From the human T2T-CHM13v2.0 reference genome, Homo sapiens: DNA of 64,000 bases. Below are positions 43,627-55,921 of the stretch, piece after piece. The stretch is taken from assembly GCF_009914755.1 (NCBI RefSeq), contig NC_060925.1; one strand, 5' to 3'. The notes under the pieces are model-generated. The model was not told where the DNA came from. It was given only the letters and a program-made list of their open reading frames with translations, and ran no database searches. The translations under genes were made by a program, and so were the position numbers. Every line of letters starts with the position of its first letter. Position 1 is the first letter of the stretch.

Positions 43627-43926
43627 TTTTTTTTTTTTTTTTTTTTTGAGATGGAGTATTGCTTTGTCATCCAGGCTGGAGTGCAGGGTGCAATCTCGGT
43701 TCACTGCAAGCTCCACCTCCCGGGTTCACGCCATTCTTCTGCCTCAGCCTCCTGAGTAGCTGGGACTACAGGCACCTACCGCCATGCCCGGCTAATTTTT
43801 GTATTTTTAGTAGAGATGGGCTTTCACCTTGTTAGCCAGAATGGTCTGGATCGCCTGACCTCATGATCCACCCGCCTCGGCCTCCCAAAGTGCTGGGATT
43901 ACAGGTGTGAGCCACCACACCCGGCC
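43627..43926 (-). mobile_element. AluY
   Basis: TSD gattctgatca at 43614-43624 and 43927-43937. Confidence 0.92.
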
Positions 43927-44125
43927 GATTCTGATCATCTTTTATACATATGCTATTTTTGTCTATCACTTTAGGAATCATCACAGATCAAGGTCATCCT
44001 TTTGGTTTTTGTGATAGCGCTATACCTCAGTCAGCTTACTAGCTCATCTCCACTCAGAGATGAAGAAGCATAGGCAGCAAGTTAGTGCCTATACATAATA
44101 TATATGGAAACCAAATTCAGGGTTG

Positions 44126-44165
44126 ATTCTTTCTTTCTTTCTCCCTTTCTTTCTTTCTTTCTTTC

Positions 44166-44243
<78 letters not shown>

Positions 44244-44535
44244 CCTCTCTCTTTCTGTCTTTCTTTCTTCTCACTCTGTTGCTTAGTACAGTGGCGCAGT
44301 CTCGGCTCACTGCAACCTCCACCTCTTGGGTTCGAGTGATTCTTGTGCCTCAGCCTCCCAGGTAGCTGGGATTACAGGCATGCGCTATGAAGCCCGGCTA
44401 ATTTTTGTATTTTTAGAAAAGATGGCGTTTCACCATGTTGGCCAGGCTGGTCTCAAACTCCTAACCACAAGTGATCTGCCCACCTCAGCCTCCCAAAGTG
44501 CTGGGATTACAGGCATCAGCCACCACTTCCGGTCC
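44126..44535 (-). mobile_element. AluS whose tail expanded into a (TTTC)n/(TC)n microsatellite (about 44126-44270)
   Basis: Tetranucleotide run contiguous with a reverse Alu body. Confidence 0.88.
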
Positions 44536-44914
44536 GGGGATCTTTCTGTTTCAGTTGTGGGCATCACTCTGAAAATCACACTTGCTAGAAGTGAGCATTT
44601 ATATCTCTTCTCCACTGTAAATAAGTGCCTCTTAGTGACATGAGTGGAAAGACAAGAAGAATTGCAGTTCCTTCATTTTCTGTCTTAGCTCCCTGAGATG
44701 TATATGCTGTGCCTAAATTTGTGTTATAGTTTTCTCCTTTGATTTGACATTCCTTGATAGGCAGAGAGCACTTTTCTGTGCTCATATGTCACATCTCGCA
44801 TCTTTTTCCCTTATAGAAAAACTCTTGTGTCTCCCATTTACCTTTCTATGAGGTCAGAGATTTAGATACTTTCCTAGACAATCAACTGGAGTATTAACAA
44901 ATTCAAGGAGTTCT

Positions 44915-45446
44915 CGCCATCCCAGTACTGGGTATATACCCAAAGAATTATAAATCGTGCTGCTATAAAGACACATGCACACGTATGTTTATTGCGGCAC
45001 TATTCACAATAGCAAAGACTTGGAACCAACCCAAATGTCCATCAATGATAGACTGGATTAAGAAAATGTGGCACATATACACCATGGAATACTATTCAGC
45101 CATAAAAAAGGATGAGTTCATGTCCTTTGTAGGGACATGGATGAAGCTGGAAACCATCATTCTCAGCAAACTATTGCAAGGACAAAAAACCAAACACCGC
45201 ATGTTCTCACTCATAGGTGGGAATTGAACAATGAGAACACTTGGACACAGGAAGGGGAACATCACAAACCGGGGCCTGTCGTGGGGTGGTGGGACGGGGG
45301 AGGGATAGCATTAGGAGATGTACCTAATGTAAATGACGAGTTAATGGGTGCAGCACACCAACATGGCACATATATACATATGTAACAAACCTGCATGTTG
45401 TGCACATGTACCCTAGAACTTAAAGTATAATAATAATAATAATAAT
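44915..45446 (+). mobile_element. L1PA 3' end with (TAA)n tail
   Basis: 15-bp TSD aattcaaggagttct at 44900-44914 and 45447-45461; ORF 44985-45227 is the ORF2 C-terminus. Confidence 0.95.
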
Positions 45447-46118
45447 AATTCAAGGAGTTCTTATCTCTGTAGTTTAAATAATAAGCGACTTAGACTAATG
45501 ACAACAAAAAGCCAGCCATGTGAATACCAAATTTACTAGTTCTGTGAGGATATTTTTTTCTCTTTCTCTTTCTGCCTCAAAGAATCTGCTTTGCTTCCCC
45601 TGGCATCATGATTTAGTTTTCAACCCGTCAGAGTCTTCCTGCTAGTGCTGGTACTTTCCTACTTGAGAAAGTCCACGGAATACCTTCAAGACCTCTGTCC
45701 TCCTGATGGCTTCTATTTCATTTGTTATATAGGGACCCAGAGGTCCTTCATCATTTTCAAACACATCAACAGATATTTATAGCAAGGCCACAATTAATAA
45801 AATGTTTCCCAGAATATATGTGTGTGTTACATTTAGAGGAAACAGAAGTAGTATTGACTTGTTTCTATCACCAGAGGTCTATTTAGTAACTATATTTTGT
45901 GGAAAATATCGATATATTTTATCCATTCAACAGACATGATTTGAGAGCATACCACGGAGACCCAACCCTGCCAGTGTGGCAGGTGGTATAATAGAAGAAA
46001 ATAGCAAACTTGGTGTATCTGTGTTTGCGCACATGTATGTATGTGAGGGGCACTAAGGATGACTTTACAGAGGTTGGAACTTTTGAGTAGAGTTGCCAAG
46101 ATAGGGAGAGTTCACTAG

Positions 46119-46433
<315 letters not shown>

Positions 46434-46794
46434 CGGAAGTTGATATTCAAACAGGAGCAGCATATGCAAAGACAGTGAGCTCTGAGAGAGTAGATGGATC
46501 CAGACTCCTATTGCTGATAGCGTCCTGCAGGATTGGGCTTCAATGTGACTAACCTACAATTGCCTCCAGGTGCTCCACCCACTGAGTCCTTGTGTCTCTG
46601 CTGAGGTCCTTGGAGAGTTACTGGAGAGAGCTCTGTGTCAGATGACCTTGAGGAGGCTCTGATTTAGCCTTTTGTAAAATGCAAAGAGTTGAGGTCTTCT
46701 CCACGCAAGAGCTCGCTGATGTCAATGAGGTATTGAGGATGGGGCCATCTCCTATTTCTGTGGCCAGTACTGAGTTTTGTTATCCTTCCTTTAG

Positions 46795-47130
46795 GTAAGG
46801 AGTGCCAATGGACCGATGCCTGCCTGTCTCATCCCTGTGCAAATGGAAGTACCTGTACCACTGTGGCCAACCAGTTCTCCTGCAAATGCCTCACAGGCTT
46901 CACAGGGCAGAAGTGTGAGACTGATGTCAATGAGTGTGACATTCCAGGACACTGCCAGCATGGTGGCATCTGCCTCAACCTGCCTGGTTCCTACCAGTGC
47001 CAGTGCCTTCAGGGCTTCACAGGCCAGTACTGTGACAGCCTGTATGTGCCCTGTGCACCCTCGCCTTGTGTCAATGGAGGCACCTGTCGGCAGACTGGTG
47101 ACTTCACTTTTGAGTGCAACTGCCTTCCAG
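46795..47130 (+). CDS. NOTCH2NL: NOTCH2NL exon 4 (336 nt; EGF4-EGF6), carrying T197I and P210L relative to NOTCH2
   Basis: ctttag|GTAAGG...TTCCAG|gtaagg; encodes [20 protein letters not shown]...[19 protein letters not shown]...FECNCLP. Confidence 0.98.
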
Positions 47131-47380
47131 GTAAGGAGCTCCCTAGTGTCCCAGGATTAGGGGACAAACCCCTAGCACAGGAGGTAGTGGGTGTGGCTCA
47201 ATTGCTTTTTTTAGGAAGCGCAAGGAAAAAGGGAAGTGAGAATTTTGTGTGGGGTGGGTTGCTAGTGAGGGAGGAGTTTTATGGGCCCACTGTGGTCCAT
47301 AAACTGAGCAGGGGATAATTTAGCATGTCAGGGTTTATGATGATGAGTGGCTAGAAAATTGTTTATTGTCCCTTTTGTAG

Positions 47381-47457
47381 AAACAGTGAGAAGAGGAACA
47401 GAGCTCTGGGAAAGAGACAGGGAAGTCTGGAATGGAAAAGAACACGATGAGAATTAG
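47381..47457 (+). CDS. NOTCH2NL: NOTCH2NL exon 5 coding part (intron-derived tail [25 protein letters not shown])
   Basis: ttttgtag|AAACAG acceptor, TAG at 47455-47457; spliced ORF from ATG 14251 is 38+260+336+77=711 nt = 236 aa, the length recalled for the short NOTCH2NL protein. Confidence 0.96.
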
Positions 47458-47483
47458 ACACTGGAAAATATGTATGTGTGGTT

Positions 47484-47489
47484 AATAAA
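47484..47489 (+). terminator. Proximal polyadenylation signal AATAAA
   Basis: AATAAA 27 nt after the stop; U/GU-rich tract at about 47535-47560. Confidence 0.6.
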
Positions 47490-49159
47490 GTGCTTTAAAC
47501 TGAATTGACATTAACAGTGGGTGATCAACTTTACTATGTGCTTGTGCTTTTGCTTTTGATGGAGTAATTCATTGTTTTCTTATCCACCTAAATGCACCCA
47601 GCTGCCCTTGATTTTCTCTGGGCTACTGGCCTTCACAACCCTCTCCCATGTACCCTCTCTGACTTTGGGGTAACCCTCCCCTAACTTAAAGCTAGAGAAT
47701 TCTGAAACTGAGGAGGGGATCCTCTGTTAATCAGTGAGCACTTTTTGATGAGCTGATAGATGATATATGAGAGACTATGCGTGGCACAATACTTTGTTAC
47801 ACTCTTCACTGATACAAGTGTTCTAGAGTGTACACACAACCCAAAGATAGAAATAAAAAGAGGAGCAGTGTCGGGGAGCTTGGGGCCTGGTGTTCCATGG
47901 AGAGGGAGAAAGGAACAAGCTTGACCAATTCATTCAACTCCTTATAAAAATGATGAGGAGGCTGAAAACCAAGAATTTTGATTGGGAACAGAATACAAGC
48001 AGCTGAATCAGATGAATTACTAAGCCACAAAGATCCTGTTTTTATACAAATATCCTTAGTACAAAAACAAAAGAAGGAAAACTGTAGGGGGGAGTAATGT
48101 GCTAAGTAAGCAGAATTGCCTCAAAAAGAAGTTGTTCTAGTTACTCTTTCAGAGTGGGAATCTTAGATTCTGGTATTGTGGATATGGTTCACATATAATG
48201 GGATTGTGTGTTTTATTTTGGAGGGATTAAAGGTCATAGTTTGGTCCTCAGTATAAAATCAACTGGTAATTTATTCATTTCATTTGGTAAAAATGTATTG
48301 ACTGCCTGCTATGTTCTAGGCACCATGCTATGTATTTGGAATACAGCTATACAAAGCATTGTCACATAATTGAAATGAAAATTTTATATTATTTAAGTCA
48401 CAAGAACAAGCTATTTAATTATATTACTTTTAGTTTCTCTTTTAATAAAGAATAGATAATGCTATCATTCTAGATACTAAATAAGTATTTTCTTAACATA
48501 ATATTACTATCCACTTTATCTTGTAGAAGAAATAACTAAAATACATCTGTCTTCACTCCTGTATTTGTTTGCATTTTAAGGATTAAAGACAGAAATAGAA
48601 ATGTAAACAACTTTATTTTGAAAATATTTCAACACTGCAAATATCTCTGGGTCTGATATTCTAGTAATCTAATTGGCTAGTAATTGATGTTAGTGTGATT
48701 TATTGTTGAAGGCTAAATGTGTTTTTCAGTTTCAAGAAAATTGCTTTTAATAATTGCCTAGAACAAGAGGTTGATTTGGCAGCAAGATGTTGACGGGAAG
48801 TTAGAGAAGTCAATAAAGGAAGTTTTTAGCTGAGAGAGAGTGATTATTCACTCCCATAGCCTCTGCATTGTTATCCATTAGCCACGATAAGAACCTTAGG
48901 GAATTCTGAGAGTGTGTCCAGGAAAGGATCTGTCAAACTAGAATAGTATCTCCTCCTTGAGAAAGGAAATAACCAAGGATTCTGCAGCTGAGAGGCTGCC
49001 AGGGCTAGTGAAATAGAGTAAGGAAATCTTGGCTGTCTCTTATTCTCTGGTTGTAGTTTAACGCAAGACACTTATTTACTCACTGATGGTGTGTGTGTGT
49101 GTGGGAGGGGAGATTAGCATGAGGAGTGGGAATGGGGAGATTCAATGAAGAGAAAACTG

Positions 49160-49350
49160 ACATTTTTTTGGTGACTCAGGAACTGTGCCAGGTACTTCCA
49201 TGCTTATTAGCTCAATTACACAAAAATCTTGGGACCAGGTATTATTTTTCAAGTCTTCCCACATGAAGTAACTGAAGTTTGGAGATGTTAAGTGATTCAC
49301 CCAAAGTTGTACAGCTAATATGTGGTTAGGCTGGGTCCTGAAACCGAGGC
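49160..49350 (-). mobile_element. MIR
   Basis: actgtgccaggtact...gaagtaactgaagtttggagatgttaagtgattcacccaaag. Confidence 0.7.
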
Positions 49351-49544
49351 AGTTTATTTTCAAAGCCTTTGCTTTGTGCATCTTACTGCGCCACATTGCA
49401 CTGCACATCTGCTTCCTGAAAGCACTTTGTAGGTGTGTAAAACTTTTCGTTAAATGCTTTAAGCTGTTTGGGTTAAAAATATATGTTCATGTTATAAGAA
49501 AACCAAGACACTCCTAATTATAATCAAATAGTACTTGTTACATA

Positions 49545-49548
<4 letters not shown>

Positions 49549-49586
<38 letters not shown>
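49549..49586 (+). repeat. (TG)19 microsatellite
   Basis: Read directly from the sequence. Confidence 0.95.
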
Positions 49587-49592
<6 letters not shown>

Positions 49593-51308
49593 GCGTTGTG
49601 CAGATGTTTAAAAGTAGTTACATAGACTAGTTCTTGCTTTTCAGGGTCCCATAATCTAAACCAGATGACTTCAGCTTTGGATAAATATATAGAAGGAAAT
49701 TTAAAGAGAATTCAAAACAATAGATGATGCAGTGACACTGTGAATAAATGTTATTTATACAGTTTGTAAGATTTCATGCTCATTGTTCATATGTCCCAGG
49801 TGGAGTTCAGAAAATATTCTCTTCATTTCCACAAAGGGGAATAGTGCCTAGAGATGGTTTTCTTTTAAAAAGTCCTTTTCATAATGCAGTGCCCTTCCTT
49901 CCATTGCCCTTCATTCCATTGCTTCCCATGCTTGTCAAGAGACTAAAATGTTACTTATAGTAATAGTCACTATCTCAATGTAAATAGCACCCTTATTTGA
50001 TGAGAATTATTATTTCAGTTCTAAAAATGGGGAAACAAAGTCAGCAGGAGGCAAAGTAGCTTGTTAAAGTATTCTGCAACTTTCAAATGGTTGCTTCCAC
50101 TGCATTTCACGTCTTGGCACTTCTAATTGAGGGTTACTCTAACCACCCTATTTAAAATTGTAACTGTCCCCCACCCCCTTAATTACTAACCCTGGTCTAC
50201 TTTTTGTTTTCTTTTTCTGTAACTCTTATCTTCTTACTATATAATTTATACTATATAATTTACTTCATTATGTCTATTGTTCATTGTCTGTCTTTTCCAA
50301 ATTCTACTGCCTCTTACCCTCTCCAGAATGAAAACTAGTATCTTTGTTTTTGTTTACTGATGTAACCCAAACACCTACAAACAGTGCCCAGTATATACTA
50401 GGCCCACAAATATATATTGGCTGACTGACTGTATGGTTTAGTATCATGTCATAGTATTGAGACTGTAACTTTGGTCTTCTCATTTTCTTCTTTGTATTGT
50501 GCGTCCTAGACTTAGTTTGGCCTCTCCTTTTGTCCTTGTATACTCTAATACTGGATAAGAATTTTGGAGTCTTTTTCAACTCTGAGTCAGTGAATGCCAC
50601 ATAACTTAGTGACTATATTTAAATGGTTAATTTACAATTTTTTCCCTGCAAAGGATACTGTAGTCACTGTGAGTATTTTAGTATTATTGTAGGACTCAAG
50701 AGGGAATTAAAACTACAAAAATGACTCATCTTGTATGACACAGAAAGAAATGTTTCTTCACAGAGGGAGGAGAAAAATATCTTCAAGAGAGAACTAATAG
50801 AATCAAATCAATGAACCATGTCTCATCTTTTTGGATAAGTAACTGTTAGTAATCCAGACACTTCATGAGCTTTCATTATGTAAAGTCTTTAGCAGAAGCT
50901 AAAGGAGGGGCACCAACCACAGTAATTTTAACTTAAGAACAAAATGGAGCATGAAAATAAATTATTAAATCATTTACTCCCACTATTTTTGGGTTAGGGC
51001 CAATAATGGGGAGAGAAAGAGGTAGACTAGTTTTGTGTTTGTGGCTATTTTAATAGAGTAGCACAAGTAATCAAAAAACAGTAGGCTGTTTTGAATTTAC
51101 TGGCTGTCCCTTATGAGTTCACAGTTAGATTGGACTGTCCTCAATGTACTTTCTTTTTTTTCTTTCTTTCCCACATCTCTTTATTTCTCTGATTTTGTTT
51201 AAACTTCATAAAGAGCTCTCTGATCTTTCCTTTCCAAACAATGAAGGTTTATCCTTTGTAAACTACCTCTGTACTCCACAGGCTGATGATATGTGATATC
51301 CCTATATC

Positions 51309-51319
51309 ATTAAAGTAAA
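51309..51319 (+). terminator. Candidate distal polyadenylation signal (ATTAAA/AGTAAA) for a ~4-kb exon 5
   Basis: ATTAAAGTAAA followed by GU-rich ggcttttgtgtctactctgttgtt. Confidence 0.45.
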
Positions 51320-52133
51320 GCCTAAGCACATTCTATGGCTTTTGTGTCTACTCTGTTGTTGCTGAGCTTATGAACTATTAGAAATAACTCCCTCTTGCAT
51401 TTTCACACATGGGGAATGTGATGTTCTCTTGGGTATTATGCTAATCATATTTTGGCAGGTTTCTCTGGAGCAGATGCAGAAATGATCATACCACTTTCCA
51501 GGGTGTATTATTTTAGCTCCTTTGACTTGGGCCCTAAGTCTGTTTTACCTGATGTTCCTGAAAGATGTTCCTGATGTCCTTCACTGTTCTTTCATGCTGG
51601 ATGTTCTTGCCTATGCTGCCTCCTCAGCTATCACCCTCTCTTCCCCTTTTTAATGTAGAACTCATTCTTAATGATTTGTCAAAGGCACCGTATTTCACTG
51701 AAATGCCTTCTATATTCCCTACCCTCCAAGTGGATTGTAGACCTTCTAAGGTCTTTTGACATCTGCATATCTCTAGCACAGCACTTATCACGGTGATTAT
51801 TTATCTGTTCATCTTTCCAAGTAGACACTCTCATTTTAACTCCCTACCCTAGTCGCCAGCATCCCCAGCATAGTGCCTGTCATAAAATGGTGCCACAATG
51901 AAAATTTGAAAAATGAATGAACGTGATAAACATAGATGAGAATCCTATATTCTACAATTTTTTAAATGTACTGAAATTATTCTTTTTGAATCCTCCTATT
52001 TATTTCTGTGACTTCTTTGGTGACAAAGTTAGAAAAAAGTGGAGGTCAGTAGGGAGATATGAAGGGACGCAGGTGGAAGCAGTGAGCCTGGGCGGGTGAT
52101 GGAGTGGGAGATACGTGGCACAGGGGTCAGTGA

Positions 52134-52584
<451 letters not shown>

Positions 52585-53427
52585 TGATCGTATATTTGCA
52601 GGTTTGCTTTTGTGACAGACTTCTTCTGGGGGAAAAAAAGTATCCTTCTATCTTTTTACTTTTGTCCAGTTCCAGGTATCCCTGTTTTTTTCTTCACTCT
52701 TCCTTCCTTGTTCATGGGAGTTTTTCTTGAGGACTTCAAGCCCAGCTTCGGAGAATCCTGGTTGTGTCATCTCATCTCCTTTCTGCTCTCTTCTCTACCT
52801 AGCCTTTCCACCCTCACACCTCCCGGGGTCTGAAAATGGAAAGATAAGGGTGTTTCCCTGAAAGTTGCTCTTCTGTGTGGGGATGACAGGTTCTAAAGAC
52901 TCTTTTCTGGTCCCTGCCCTCATTGCCATGATTAATCAGTTAAGTGGCCCGAGGTTTTATAACAGCACAGTCTTAAAATGCTTCTCCCAAGTTTAATTTC
53001 TCTCCATTTGACCTTTTAAGGATGTGAATTGGCTTTAAGCAGTAGACTCCCTTTAGTACGGCGCTGTGAGCCTCTCAGTGAATCTGCTACATCCATTCCA
53101 CCCACGGGTCTGGAAACTTGTCTGTTTACCTTTCCCTAAAAACCTAAGATATATTTTTAAGAAGTGCCTTGTAACTTTTCATATAGCCTTTCCCCTACTT
53201 TGGGTAGACTGTTTCTTACAGGAATTTGGTAGATCTTTCCAAAGAGAATTCTGTATCTGTATTTTTAAAGCATAAATCCTGTCAACTTTGGAGGAGAACT
53301 GATTTGGCTTGAGTTTTCTCAGACATGGGAACTTTTGACCTAAGTTTGTATTTTACATTGTTGAAAGGGAACTCCGGGATCCCAGAAAACATATGGACTG
53401 CAATTGGGTAAAGCTTCTGTTCCAGAA

Positions 53428-54445
53428 ATGCCTCTTCTGGACATTTCATACAAATGGAAACATGCAGCATGTAGTAATTTATGACAGCTTCTTTCACTTA
53501 GCATGAGGTTTTCAAAGTTCATTGATGTGGTAGCATTTGTCAGTACTCTGTGCCTTTTTATGGCTGAATAATATTTTATCATATGGATTTACCACATTTT
53601 ATCATTTTATTTATCCATCATCAGTTGATTGACATTTGAGTTGCTTCTACTTTTTGAGTATTATCAATAATTCTGTTATGAACATTCTTGTACAATTTTT
53701 TGGTAGACATTTATCTTCATATTTCTTGGATATATACCTAGGAGCAGAATTGCTGCGTCAGATGGTAATGCTGTTTAACCTTTTCAGGAACTGTCAGACT
53801 GTTCTGAAGTGGGTACATTATTTTACATTCCAACCAGCAGTGTATGAGAATTCCAGTTTCTCCACATCCTCATCAACAGTTGTTATTGTCTGTCTTTTTT
53901 ATTATATTCATCTGTAATGTGAAGTGTTTATCTCATTGTGGTTTTGATTTACATTTCCCTGATGGTTGATGATTTTCAACATCTTTTCATATACTTATTA
54001 GTCATTATGTATCTTCTTTGGAGAATGTCTGTTCAGATCCTTTACCTACTTTATAATTGGTTTATCTTTTTAATATTGAACTGTAATAGTTTTTAAAAAA
54101 TATATCCTAAATACAAGTCTCTTATCAGATAATATGATTTGCAGATATTTTCTGTCATTCTATGTACTGTCTTTTCACATTCTTGATGATAGACTTTTCA
54201 GCCCAAATGTTTTTAACTTGATGGAATACAATTTATTTTTTCTTTTGTTGCTTGTGCTTTCAGTCATATTTGTGAAAACTTTGCTTATCCCACATTACAA
54301 AGATTTACTATTTCTAAGTGATTTATAATTTTACCACCTACCTTTAGGTCTCTGATCCATTTTGAGTTAATTTTTATGTGCGAGGAGGGAGTCTAACTTG
54401 ATTCTTTTACATGTGGATATTTAGTTGTCCCAGGACCATTTGTTG
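53428..54445 (-). mobile_element. Old L1 (L1M) fragment, followed by an oppositely oriented L1 3' piece at about 54460-54690
   Basis: ttctggacatttcat...tatatacctaggag...ttacattccaaccagcagtgtatgag...gatccattttgagttaattttt. Confidence 0.8.
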
Positions 54446-54779
54446 AATTAAGTGCCCAGAACAAGTACATCTATATATAGAGAAAGTAGATTAGTGGTTG
54501 TCAGAGACTGTAAGAAGTGGGGAATTGGAGAGTGACTGCCCATAGGTACAGGCATGCTTTTTGGCATTATGAAAATATTCTGGAATTAGGTAGTGGTGAT
54601 GGTTGCAGAACTTTTGGAATATGGTAAAAGACACTGAAATATATGCTTAAAAATGGTGATTTTTGTGATATATGAATTATACTATAGAACTAATAATAAC
54701 AGTAATAAAGCAAGGTGTCTTTCCACATCTCCATGCCTTGTATTTTCATTAAAAAAAAAAAAAAAAAAAAGCATTTCAG

Positions 54780-55076
54780 GGCCAGGCTCAGTGGTTTACT
54801 CTTGTAATCCCAGCACTTTTGGAGGCCTAGGTGGGAGGATCACTTGAGGCCAGAAGTTCAAAACCAGCCTGAGCAACATAGCAAGACCTTGTCTCCATGA
54901 AAAATAAAAAATTAGCCAGAAATGGTGATGTGTGCCTAGAGTTCCAACTACTTGGAAAGCTGAGGCAAGAGGATCGCTTGAGCCTAGGAGTTCAAGGTTG
55001 CAGTGATCTATAATCACCACTGCACTCCAGCCTGGGTGACAGAACAAGACCCTGTCTCAAAAAAAAAAAAAAAAAA
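54780..55076 (+). mobile_element. AluJ
   Basis: ggaggatcacttgaggccag; gaggatcgcttgagcctagg; A tail. Confidence 0.88.
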
Positions 55077-55838
55077 AGGCATCTCACTTTAATAGTAAGA
55101 GGCCAGAATATGATGCTGGCAGCATGTTGTGAGGAAATGTATTAGATGAAAGAAGTTAAATTTCAGTTCTCCTTTTTTCAGAAATGAGGTATAGGGGAGA
55201 GAAACACGTACTTTGAAAGAATTGACCCAGCTGAATTGGAAAATGTGGGAAGGGGATGGGGAAGAGGCTGCTCCACCTGAGATCTGGCTCCAGGACTTAC
55301 AGCAAGGGGAACTTGGGCAAGTTACAGACTGTCTATGCCTCAGTTTCTTTATCAGCAAAACAGAATCATCCCATAAACTATAAGGTCGATGGTATCAGCG
55401 GGTCCCCAAACTGACTGCACATCTGAGTCATGTTAACAAACACATTCCAGGCCCCACCTGAGCCCTCTGAATCAGAATCCCTGTAAGGAGGATGATGAAC
55501 TTGAATTTGCACTGACTTTCCCAGCTGTTTCTTACTCTGATCAACTTGGGGGTAGGACCCATTGAGCTGCATCACATCATTCCAAAGCCAAAACACAACA
55601 GCAGGACAAGAATATTTTCAAGGCAGTCTCTAAAGCAGAGGAGAAACTGTTGAGGGAACTTAGAAGTAAAGGAGATCTGGCTTGCTGGGCTCCATTTGAA
55701 CTTTGAGTACAACAGAGACATGAGCCCTTCGGGACACATGCCTGAGGTAGTGACAATCCAACTTTGGAAGAGTGGAAGCCCTAGTTTCAAATTCAAGCAT
55801 GCTTTGAGTATAAATTAAGTTTACCTCTTTTTGCACAG

Positions 55839-55921
55839 CAACATGGCCAATCTTTCCTAAGCTGCTCAGCTTACAAGAAAAGGAATCATACTGCTAAGAA
55901 TTCAAACTTCAGCAGTCATAG
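55839..55921 (+). other. Candidate 83-nt cassette exon between NOTCH2NL and NBPF
   Basis: cctctttttgcacag| acceptor and ATAG|gtaagt donor, both near consensus. Confidence 0.55.
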
